A stretch of 64,000 nt of DNA from assembly GCA_043228905.1 (NCBI GenBank), contig JBHGNT010000008.1:8680001-8744000 (forward strand), given 5' to 3'. Below, piece by piece: positions 1-9,308 of this stretch. Position numbers and translations under genes: made by a program. This DNA is from Azolla caroliniana (Eukaryota > Plantae > Polypodiophyta). The notes beneath the pieces are model-generated. The model saw nothing but the letters and a program-made list of their open reading frames with translations. It was not told the DNA's origin and did no database searches. Every line of letters begins with the position of its first letter. Within the stretch, counting starts at the first letter, position 1.

Positions 1-186
1 TTCTCTGTATAGTGTTGGTTTGGAGTCTTGTACTCCCGTGGTTTTTCCCGTACAGGGTTTTCCACGTTAATCCCTGTGTGTTCGCGTTTTGTTTCTCTTT
101 GTGGTTCCTATTTTCTGCTGCATTGATTCGCGCTTACTCGGTTGTGGCCGAGAGAAGAAGGAGAATCGAAGCGTCGATTCCTAACA
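1..186 (+). repeat. 5' LTR (distal part) of copia A
   Basis: Appears identical to 4735-4920; ends in CA just before the PBS. Confidence 0.95.
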
Positions 187-189
187 AAC

Positions 190-201
190 TGGTATCAGAG
201 C
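190..201 (+). other. Primer binding site (tRNA-iMet)
   Basis: TGGTATCAGAGC, 3 nt after the LTR end. Confidence 0.95.
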
Positions 202-216
202 GGGTTGCTGCAGAAA

Positions 217-3200
217 ATGGAAGGCGGCGGCAGCGGGCAGCCGGGGATGATGGTGCTGACTGCGCAGAATTACGCCGACTGGAAGATCAAGATGGAGGAT
301 CTTCTGATTGTTCGGGACCTGTATGAACCGATTGACAGGTCAGAAATACCGAAGGGGGTACTTGAGTCGGAGTGGAAGCTCCTGAACCGGAAAGCCGTAG
401 CGACGATCCGACAATATGTCGATGTAAGCGTCCTACAACATGTGGCGAACGACACCAACGCATATGAGATGTGGAAGAAGCTGTCGGGCCTCTATGAGAG
501 GAAGAATGCATTGAACCGGACCTCCCTGATGAGGAAGATAGTGAATCTCAAGTACTGGGACGGCGAGAGTATGGTGGAACACGTAAGCACGTTCATGGGA
601 TTCGTGAATCAGCTTGCGGCGATCAAGTTCCCGTTGGAGGATGCAATGCAAGCCATCATCCTGATGTGTACTTTGCCGGAGAGCTGGGAGAACTTGGTGG
701 TGACTCTCAGCACCTCCTGTACCGAAGATAACTTGTCCTTACAAACGGTAAAGACAAGTATTTTGAACGAAGAAGCGCGTCGGAGAGATAAAGAACCGGC
801 CTCCGACTCGAAGGCGCTGCTTACCGAATCGGATCGGGGAAGACAATGGAACCGGAGTCCGCAAAGACGGGAGAAGTCGGGGACCCGGTCGCAGTCAAGA
901 GGAAGGCCCACATGCTTCCACTGTGGGAAGCCGGGGCACTTCCGAAAGAATTGTCGGCATTACCGAAAAGACAACGGAGCCGACGACACCGATTCGAAGA
1001 AGTCACCGGAGAGAAACGGTGCATACCGGGGAGCCACGGACCGGAGAGGTTCGGATCGGCGAGGACAGGACAGGAAAGGAATGACGGCACTCGCGGCAAG
1101 TGAGGAAGAAATCATGGTCATCACCGAAGAAGGTGAACTAAACATTGCCGGCGATGAGACGACCTGGGTGGTCGATTCCGGAGCATCATTCCACCTGACC
1201 CCGGAGAGAAGATACTTCTCATCCTACACAGCCGGTGAGCACGGCTGTGTTCGGATGGGAAACGAAGGTACGTGCCGGATTGCCGGCATAGGAGACGTGT
1301 GGTTGACAACCCCGACCGGATGCAAAATGCTGCTGAAGAATGTCCGACACGTTCCGGAGGTTCGATTGAACCTGATTTCGGCCGGGAGGCTAGACGATGA
1401 AGGCTACACAGGTAGCATCCGGAACGGCGTAATGAAGTTCAGCAAGGGGAGCCTGATAGTGGCTCGGGCCCGGAAAGACAACACACTGTACCTGATGAAT
1501 GCCCGGTTATGTCCGGAAGAGCTGAATGTGGCAGCCGACACTGCCAGTGAGCTGTGGCACAAAAGACTGTGTCACATGAGTGAGAAGGGGATGAAGAGGC
1601 TTGCAGAAGACAACCTTATTCCAGTGAAGCATGTGCACCTGGAGAAGTGCACCGATTGCCTGGCCGGTAAGCAGAACCGAACCTCCTTCCACTCAAGGCC
1701 ACCGACGAGACGTAGCGCACCATTGGAGTTGGTGCACACCGATGTGTGTCAAGTAGAAACGAAGTCACATGGCGGAGCCCTGTACTTCGTAACATTCATA
1801 GATGATCATAGCCGAAGACTGTGGACGGCACCGATGAAGACAAAGGACCAAGTGTTGTCCGTTTTCAAAGAACTCCACGCGAGAGTTGAAAGGGAATCCG
1901 GCAAGAAGCTGAAAGCGATACGAGCGGATAACGGAGGGGAATACCGGGGACAGTTCCAGGAGTACTGTCGCTCGAAGGGAATCCGGCTCGAGTTTACTGT
2001 GCCGAAGACGCCGGAACTGAACGGGCTGGCCGAGAGGATGAACCGGACCATAATGGAGAGGGTCCGGAGTATGCTGGCGCATGCGAAATTACCCAAGGGG
2101 TTTTGGGCTGAGGCAATGTCGACAGCGACATATGTGATAAACCGATCACCCTCAGTACCTTTAGACGGAGACACGCCGCAGAGAGTGTGGACCGGTAGGG
2201 AAGTATCCTACCGGCATCTGAAGGTGTTCGGGTGTCTCGCATACGTGCATGTGGCAAAGGACCGGAGAGGAAAGCTAGATCCAAAGACCCGGCCATGCAT
2301 ATTCCTCGGTTACGGCGACGACGAGTTCGGCTACCGAGTATGGGACCCGGTCGACAAGAAGATATTCAGGAGTCGAGACATCATCTTCATGGAGGACAAG
2401 ACACTCGCCGACTGGGAGTCGGAGAAGAAGATGAAGAGCTCCAAGTCGACCGGTGAGGATCAACTCTATGAGGAGCAGTCCCGACCGGCAAGGGACCGGT
2501 TAACACTCGAAGATCCGGCCGAAGACGGTGAAGAAACAGAACCGGCTGAAGAAGATGAAAATGATACCGGAACCGGCCCCGATCCCGAAATGGATTCGGA
2601 TGAAGAAGAAGAATCGGAAGAACCGGCTACCGAAGCTCCCGAACGGAGATATCCTCTAAGAGAGAGGAGGGCCCCCCGGAGATTTCCGGATCCAGAGCAC
2701 GTGCTGCTAACCGACGAGGGGGAGCCGGAGAGTTTTGAAGAAGCAAAACATGACACCCAAAGCCGCAGGTGGTTGAGTGCCATGCAGGACGAGATGGATT
2801 CCCTGCATGAGAACCACACATATGAACTTGTGGAGTTGCCGAAAGGAAAGCGGGCACTTCGAAACAAGTGGGTGTTCAAGCTGAAACCGGGAGATGCCGG
2901 AAACCCCCCGAGATACAAGGCCAGAATCGTGGTGAAGGGGTTTCAGCAAAAGAAGGGCGTCGACTTCGACGAGATATTTGCCCCGGTAGTGAAGATGACC
3001 TCCATCCGGACGGTGCTGAGCATAGCGGCAAGCATGGACCTCGAGGTAGAACAGATGGACGTGAAGACGGCATTCCTTCACGGTGACCTCGAAGAAGAGA
3101 TCTACATGCAGCAACCGGAAGGATTCGAGAAGAAAGGGAAGGAGCACCTGGTATGCCGGTTGAAGAAGAGCCTTTACGGACTGAAGCAGGCTCCCCGGCA

Positions 3201-4293
3201 ATGGTACCGGAAGTTCGACTCCTTCATGACCGACGAAGGGTACCTCAAAACGCAGTCCGACCACTGCGTGTTTGTGAAGAAGTTCGAAGGAGGAGACTTT
3301 CTAATACTCCTCCTGTACGTGGACGACATGTTGATCGTCGGACGGGACCAGGTCAAGATACGGATGCTGAAGAAGGCTCTTCACCGAACCTTCTCAATGA
3401 AGGACTTGGGTCCGGCGAGACAAATACTAGGGATGCACATCATCCGGGACCGGAACAAGAAGCAGTTGTGGCTGTCACAGGAGAAGTACGTGACAAAGGT
3501 ACTTAAACGGTTCAACATGTCGGAAGCAAGACCGGTCGGATCGACCCTCCCGGCAAACTGCAAGCTGTCCAGCAAGCAAAGTCCCAAGACAAAGGCTGAA
3601 AAGGAGGATATGATGAAAGTGCCGTATGCCTCAGCCGTCGGGAGCTTGATGTACGCCATGGTGTGTACGAGACCGGACATCGGATATGCAGTCGGAGTGG
3701 TGAGCCGGTACATGAGCAATCCCGGCAAAGAGCATTGGAACGCGGCCAAGTGGATACTCCGATACCTGAAGGGCACGGCAAACGTGTGCCTCCGATTCGG
3801 CTCCGGTAAGCCCGAACTCGACGGCTTCACCGATTCGGATATGTCGGCTGATGCAGATACCAGCCGGTCCACATCAGGGTATGTGATGACGTATGCAGGG
3901 GGAGCCGTTTCGTGGCAGTCGAGGCTGCAGAAGACGGTTGCGTTGTCGACCACGGAGGCGGAGTACATGGCGGCTGTTGAAGCCGGCAAGGAAATAATAT
4001 GGATGAAGGACTTCATTAGAGAGCTCGGTATCCGGCAGGAGGAGTACCGACTCTACTGCGACAGTCAGAGTGCAATCCACCTTGCGAAGAACGCGGCCTA
4101 TCACTCCCGGACGAAGCACATCCAGCGAAGATATCACTGGATCCGGGAAAGGATAGAAGACAAGGAGTTCGTGCTGACGAAGATCCACACGGACGAGAAC
4201 GGGTCGGATATGCTGACCAAGGTGCTCACACCCGACAAACTGGACGCATGCCGGAAGAGGATCGGATTGGAAAGACATCCCATGCCGAAGTGA
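217..4293 (+). CDS. Copia Gag-Pol polyprotein (gag, CCHC knuckle, protease, integrase, RT, RNase H)
   Basis: Uninterrupted ORF with CFHCGKPGHFRKNC, WVVDSGAS, HKRLCH..C..C, DNGGEY, YVDD and DSQSAI in copia order. First ATG after the PBS is at 217. Confidence 0.96.
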   Translation: MEGGGSGQPGMMVLTAQNYADWKIKMEDLLIVRDLYEPIDRSEIPKGVLESEWKLLNRKAVATIRQYVDVSVLQHVANDTNAYEMWKKLSGLYERKNALNRTSLMRKIVNLKYWDGESMVEHVSTFMGFVNQLAAIKFPLEDAMQAIILMCTLPESWENLVVTLSTSCTEDNLSLQTVKTSILNEEARRRDKEPASDSKALLTESDRGRQWNRSPQRREKSGTRSQSRGRPTCFHCGKPGHFRKNCRHYRKDNGADDTDSKKSPERNGAYRGATDRRGSDRRGQDRKGMTALAASEEEIMVITEEGELNIAGDETTWVVDSGASFHLTPERRYFSSYTAGEHGCVRMGNEGTCRIAGIGDVWLTTPTGCKMLLKNVRHVPEVRLNLISAGRLDDEGYTGSIRNGVMKFSKGSLIVARARKDNTLYLMNARLCPEELNVAADTASELWHKRLCHMSEKGMKRLAEDNLIPVKHVHLEKCTDCLAGKQNRTSFHSRPPTRRSAPLELVHTDVCQVETKSHGGALYFVTFIDDHSRRLWTAPMKTKDQVLSVFKELHARVERESGKKLKAIRADNGGEYRGQFQEYCRSKGIRLEFTVPKTPELNGLAERMNRTIMERVRSMLAHAKLPKGFWAEAMSTATYVINRSPSVPLDGDTPQRVWTGREVSYRHLKVFGCLAYVHVAKDRRGKLDPKTRPCIFLGYGDDEFGYRVWDPVDKKIFRSRDIIFMEDKTLADWESEKKMKSSKSTGEDQLYEEQSRPARDRLTLEDPAEDGEETEPAEEDENDTGTGPDPEMDSDEEEESEEPATEAPERRYPLRERRAPRRFPDPEHVLLTDEGEPESFEEAKHDTQSRRWLSAMQDEMDSLHENHTYELVELPKGKRALRNKWVFKLKPGDAGNPPRYKARIVVKGFQQKKGVDFDEIFAPVVKMTSIRTVLSIAASMDLEVEQMDVKTAFLHGDLEEEIYMQQPEGFEKKGKEHLVCRLKKSLYGLKQAPRQWYRKFDSFMTDEGYLKTQSDHCVFVKKFEGGDFLILLLYVDDMLIVGRDQVKIRMLKKALHRTFSMKDLGPARQILGMHIIRDRNKKQLWLSQEKYVTKVLKRFNMSEARPVGSTLPANCKLSSKQSPKTKAEKEDMMKVPYASAVGSLMYAMVCTRPDIGYAVGVVSRYMSNPGKEHWNAAKWILRYLKGTANVCLRFGSGKPELDGFTDSDMSADADTSRSTSGYVMTYAGGAVSWQSRLQKTVALSTTEAEYMAAVEAGKEIIWMKDFIRELGIRQEEYRLYCDSQSAIHLAKNAAYHSRTKHIQRRYHWIRERIEDKEFVLTKIHTDENGSDMLTKVLTPDKLDACRKRIGLERHPMPK

Positions 4294-4303
4294 AGGGGGA
4301 GTT

Positions 4304-4920
4304 TGTTGGGATTACGGTCCCTTCGGATGGGATGGTCGGATATCGGAGATGAATACCGACCAGCCCGGTTTCGGTTTCGGAACCGGATGATGAAGACCCC
4401 GACTTCGGAGTCGGATGACGAATGTACCCGAAGAAGAGATCCGGATGCAGGGACATATCCGTGAATATGTTTGCTAAGGGCCCCCTGAGGCTATAGTTGT
4501 AAATAGCCCCAAAGTCATATATGTATAAATATGACTTAGGGCAAACAGTTTTACTGTTGCTTCTCATTTTCTTGTTTTTCCACTCAAGAGGAGTGAAGAG
4601 AGAGCAGCCGTGAGAGAGAGAGAGAGAGAGATAGAGCGCGAGAGAGGAAGAGGTAGACGCCTCTCTGTATTTCCGCCGTCTGTGGCGAGGATAGCGAGCT
4701 CAAGGTCGTCGCCTTGTAGCTCGCCATTGTATACTTCTCTGTATAGTGTTGGTTTGGAGTCTTGTACTCCCGTGGTTTTTCCCGTACAGGGTTTTCCACG
4801 TTAATCCCTGTGTGTTCGCGTTTTGTTTCTCTTTGTGGTTCCTATTTTCTGCTGCATTGATTCGCGCTTACTCGGTTGTGGCCGAGAGAAGAAGGAGAAT
4901 CGAAGCGTCGATTCCTAACA
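4304..4920 (+). repeat. 3' LTR of copia A (617 bp)
   Basis: TGTTGG...CTAACA after the PPT; contains a TATA box (~4524) and (GA)n. Confidence 0.95.
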
Positions 4921-6379
4921 CAAGGAACCTTCGAACCTCCGTTTGGTTTTCGCATTCTTCTTTCATGTCTTGGATTGTGTTCACTTTGGATGGCGAGGGC
5001 TTTCGGCCGTATGCTCCACACAAGTGACCTATCACCATGATCTCCGGTTGCCCGAATGCGGATTTTTCTCCCGAAAATGTCAAATTCGCATCTTCGAGCC
5101 TTTGAAGCACCTTCTCGCAATCTTTCATATGATCCGCAACGAACTTTCTACAACCTTCCTTATCTTTTGATTCATCTTTCTCCTCATCTGAACATCCTTT
5201 TATCGGAATATCATCCAAGAATGGCATCGTGATGTCCGGAATGCAATCCTTCAAGACTTTATTCATGGCATTCACCATATGAGCCACCGAGTTCGTTGCG
5301 CCTTGGGGTAAGGTACACATCCGCACAAGCCCGAGCGGAGTCCTCATGGTTGTAATGTCCCGACTGTCGATCGCCAATTGGAATTGGTCATATCCGGAGT
5401 AGAGATCGCCAATGGAGTAGATGGACCGGCCCGCAAACGCTTCGGCAAATTCGTCCACGCTCGGACCGATTCCGGCATTTCGAATTGTCACCTTGTTGAC
5501 GGGTTGAAGATCTTGGATGAATCGCAATGATCCATTCTTCTTCGGCACCGTGAACCACCTATTGGAATAAGGAGCATTCGACGGTTCTAGAATTCCCATA
5601 CTCACCTTCTCCTTTAAGAGCTCGATCAGCTTCGGAAGGTGTGCTCTCGGAACCGGTATCGGTTTCAAGTTCCAAGGCACATGAGGCACCGTGAAGATCA
5701 CCCTCGGCTCTATAACCTTTGGGTCGGCGCATCCGATTTCTCGTGGGAAGAATGCGAAAGCCTTCCCATGTCTCTCAAGCATATCGCGAAACATTCACTC
5801 CTCTTTAGGGAGAAGGAAATCCTCCTTTCCAACTCGTAGCTTCCCCTTCTTCTCTTTGGTGAAGTCATGACCTATCTTCTTCGGATCTCTTAAGCTTGGA
5901 TCGTTAGCGACTTCCTTCATCTTTTGCCAGCTATCTTCCGGTAGCGGAACCGCAACTGGCTTGATCTTCTTATCCACCGTTTTATATTTCGTGTTGATGT
6001 CAGCTTCCTTCATCGAGATGCCACGACAGTATTCATCGATGATAGCGTACATGTTGACGGAGTTAACCGAAATCGCGCGTTGGTTGTGAAGATAGCTCAA
6101 GTCCACGACGTCCTCGATTTCGCCGATGGTGTCATTAAATGAGGCTTCTTCCATAATATGAGTCATGAACTCTCCTTCTTCTATTATATTCTCTTCTTTC
6201 AGCATCTTCTCGAATTCTTGTATCCGGCGCTTGTGCTTCTTGTCGGGTAGTACTAGTTTACATGCGCCACTAGGTGTGACACATGTTGCTTCTCCTTGCA
6301 ATCCACGCACTCTTCTTTCTTGTGGGGTCTTGTGATTTCTCGGACTATTTGTGCCCCATGCTTCAATAGTCCGCTCTAA
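4921..6379 (-). pseudogene. Reverse transcriptase ORF of gypsy B (-1 frame relative to gag-PR), one internal stop, cut by copia A
   Basis: ORFs 5795-6310 and 4868-5794 are in one frame; RT motifs are present; the frame ends at VRRFL at the copia LTR. Confidence 0.88.
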
Positions 6380-8580
6380 AAATCCGAGGATTCGCCTCCG
6401 AGACTATCTCGATTCCTTTCATGATTGGCTCTCACCGTTAGGAATTGGACTGATCTTTGGTTGTCAAGACTCTTTATTCGTGCGAAGGCTGCTCCATTAT
6501 CAAACACTCTGGTCTCCATCCGAGATGATGTGATATAAGGTTGCCCTAGGATGACAGGATGTGACGCCGATTCTTGTACGAAGAAGTGTTGATCCATCTC
6601 CACATCCCCGATCGTGACTTTGACATTGGGACAAGCTCCGTACAAGTCCTCCGTAGACTTTGTTGCCACGTGAATCTTCCATCCATGGTTTGTATTGATT
6701 GGCCATCTTCCCTTTTTGTAGAAGTCGGTTGACATGAGGTTGATCTCCGAGCCGTGGTCGATCAAGGCTACGACGGTCTCTTTCTTCTCCCCGATCTTCA
6801 CCGGCGTCTCCGTTGTCGCTCGTGCCCAATGAGGTCGAGTGTAGTGGTTGTCCACCATATCTTCATCGATTTCGTCTCTTGCCATTGTTATGGCATTCGT
6901 TTTTGCTTTCTGCGGCTTCTCTTCTTCCTCGTCCGATTGTTGTCTCTTTCTCTTTACAAGGTCCACGATCGTGTCATGGAACTTCTTCTTCGTAATGCCA
7001 AGCAATTCCCTCAAGGATAGAGTTACGTGGCTATCAAGAACTCGTTCTTCGAGAATCTTCTTTAGGTCCATCGTCTGCTCTATGTCCGACCTTAGCTTAT
7101 AAGTAGGTATGGTCCTTGTCCTCCGAGCGGGGTCTTCGACACCAACCTTCACGGGCCGAACCGTTTCTTCAACTCGTATGCTCGGCTCCCCTTTTCGGCT
7201 TGATTCTCGTTCCTCCATTTGTAAAGGTCGACTCATCTCCGCATCGTCCTTCTTTTTCGCGTTCCTTGTTTCATGTCTTTTTGATGGCCCTTGCTCATCT
7301 ATTCTCTTTCTCTTTTCGTCGACAAACACCTCGTGGTTGTCGCACATCACCTCTGCGAGTATGGTGTTGTCGTCCACCGGATCCGACCACCCGGTTATGC
7401 TTTGCACGCTTCGGTTCGCAAGCTCTACCTCGTTCGATGTGATTTTTCTCTTCTTCTCATATTCGAGAACGGAAGTCCAAAACTTTGCTCCCGCTCTAAC
7501 AATTTCAGTCTTGTCTTTCCCGACTCTTATTCCGGCCGACGCAGCATAGTGCATCGCATCCACATGAGTCGCATCGGCATCCTCCATAGATCTCTTCATT
7601 CCTCCTCTTCCGAAATTCACCCGTAGGGGTCTTCTAGTCTCGCTTGAGCAGATCATGTTGTCCTCTATGTATACGATATTTTGTCGAATCGCCTCTCGAA
7701 GGCTCGCACAATCCCTTCTCATGTGCTACATGCTATCGCACCACACGCATCTAAAGGGTTCTTTTCCTTTAGGGCCCCGACGATTCATGTTGGCTAGAGT
7801 GACCTTCTCGAACTTCTTCGTTAGCTCTTCAATGATGTCGTCATCAATCTTCTTTTCTTCCACGTTACTTTGTCTTGGCAGCTCAGCTACTTTCGGCGGT
7901 CTTACTTTCTCCGTGGTAGTCGGTCCCGTCAAGTCGGTGTCATCAACCCATTGGCGATGCTTGTCGAGCCTATTGCATGCCCGCTTCACCGCGATCTAGT
8001 TCGCTACGAGCCCATTTTCTTGGGTATCATCTTCGAGAAGAGTCCCCAACTCCCGTCTATCCTTTATGTCCACGGCCTTCAAGAAGTACAAAGTCTTGTC
8101 CTCTTCAAGCAACACTTGGTCCGTATTGGGGAGACGACTAAACATCTGGTCGAATTCGTCGTACACCCTCGAGACGCTCATCTTATTATTCTTCTTCTCT
8201 ATCCACTTCATCAGGGCATGTCGAGTCATCCTCGTTGAGTCTTCAGTCACGAACTCCGCTAGTATCGTTTTCTCGAACTCGGACCATGTTGTCTTTCCTT
8301 CTTGAAGCTCGATGACGCGTCTTTGGATGTTGTTGGCGACAACTCTCTTGAAGCTTGCGATTTGACGTGCCTCGGACACGTCCCTTTGATTCATCTCCCT
8401 CTTATATGCATCAAGGAACTTCGTAACGTTCCTTCCATCGAATTGGCCCTCGAGCTCTACGACACGATCGACAGCCTTCTCCACGCTCGCGTCGTTGTCC
8501 CGAGATCTCATCATTTGCTCGACGATTAGCATCATCCTTTCGAGCTCTCCTGCTTGGTTGCTTGAGGACGCCATCTCCAA
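6376..8580 (-). pseudogene. Gag-protease ORF of gypsy B, interrupted by stops
   Basis: Collinear ORF pieces 7996-8580, 7726-7989 and 6376-7722; C-x2-C knuckle split by a stop; aspartic protease motif. Confidence 0.85.
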
Positions 8581-9035
8581 GTATTAATCTCGACTTGATC
8601 CTTCCTACCGCCTCTTTCACCTCGGGTTCACCACTTCATTATGTCGTGAAGATCCGTCACTATGCGCGGATCGTGAGGCGGAACCGCCGGGGTTCTGGAC
8701 CAGAAGGATTTAGAGTCGATACAAGATTTGGCGAGAAAGTACTTAAGATAGATTGGGAAAGAGAGAAGTTGAGATTACACGATTGATTTGAAAACGAATT
8801 TCTTCCTCTTAATTTTCATAAAAAAAACTGTGTTTTTTCTCCTCCCCCTTCCCTCTTTTATAGATGCTCTCATGCATATGATGCATGTGAGGGTACAAGA
8901 CATGCATAAATTGCATGTTTGCCATTTGGCGCTTAAGTATTACATGTGGTGCATGCTAACCATGTCACTCATTTTAGTTCTCATGTATGAGAATTTACAT
9001 GTAAAAGTACAATGATAGAAATATAATTTCAACTA

Positions 9036-9107
9036 AATAGCATGGCTTAATGGTAAGCCAATTGACTCCTAACTTGGAGGTGCAAGGTTTGAATCCTTAC
9101 TTGCCCT
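9036..9107 (+). other. tRNA-like A-box/B-box module in the putative LTR of gypsy B (antisense to the element)
   Basis: TGGCTTAATGG (9043), CTCCTAA loop (9066-9072), GGTTTGAATCC (9086) with CAAGG/CCTTA T-stem. Not a complete cloverleaf. Confidence 0.6.
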
Positions 9108-9150
9108 CCTTGTATATGTAAATATGTATATATATTTATATATTTATTTA

Positions 9151-9308
9151 TCTAGTCGTCGGACGCCTTACTGCCATCCTTGTCCTGTCAAGCTCCGCGA
9201 GATGGTAGGTCCCGTTGTCATTGGCACTCGTCACCACGTAAGGCCCGAACCATCTCCTTGCGAACTTCCGCATTGCCTTGTGCTGGTTATTGAGGTTGCT
9301 ATCATATA
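9151..9308 (-). pseudogene. Gypsy integrase C-terminal fragment (GPY/F region)
   Basis: RKFARRWFGPYVV...NGTYHLAELD. Confidence 0.75.

Larger units (their letters stand above)
1..4920 (+). mobile_element. Ty1/copia LTR retrotransposon A, apparently intact (5' LTR cut by window edge), inserted in the RT of gypsy B
   Basis: Bases 1-186 match 4735-4920. PBS at 190-201, single gag-pol ORF, PPT GAAGGGGGAG at 4292-4301, 3' LTR TG..CA 4304-4920. Confidence 0.97.
4921..9150 (-). mobile_element. Ty3/gypsy element B (5' half: putative LTR, gag, protease, RT), degenerate
   Basis: Minus-strand gag (7726-8580), protease ALIDHGSE and RT (DLYSGYDQ, LPQG, FLDD). An AT-rich LTR-like segment at ~8642-9150 has a minus-strand TATA; its boundaries are uncertain. 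Confidence 0.85.

Noticed and set aside
142-216. N-terminal extension of the 1383-aa ORF
   Set aside because: Starts at a GTG inside the LTR and crosses the PBS; ATG 217 is the plausible start.
3381-4016. Long antisense ORFs over retroelement pol (also 25689-26381, 20619-21279, 44668-45794)
   Set aside because: Shadow frames of GC-rich coding sequence without independent motifs.
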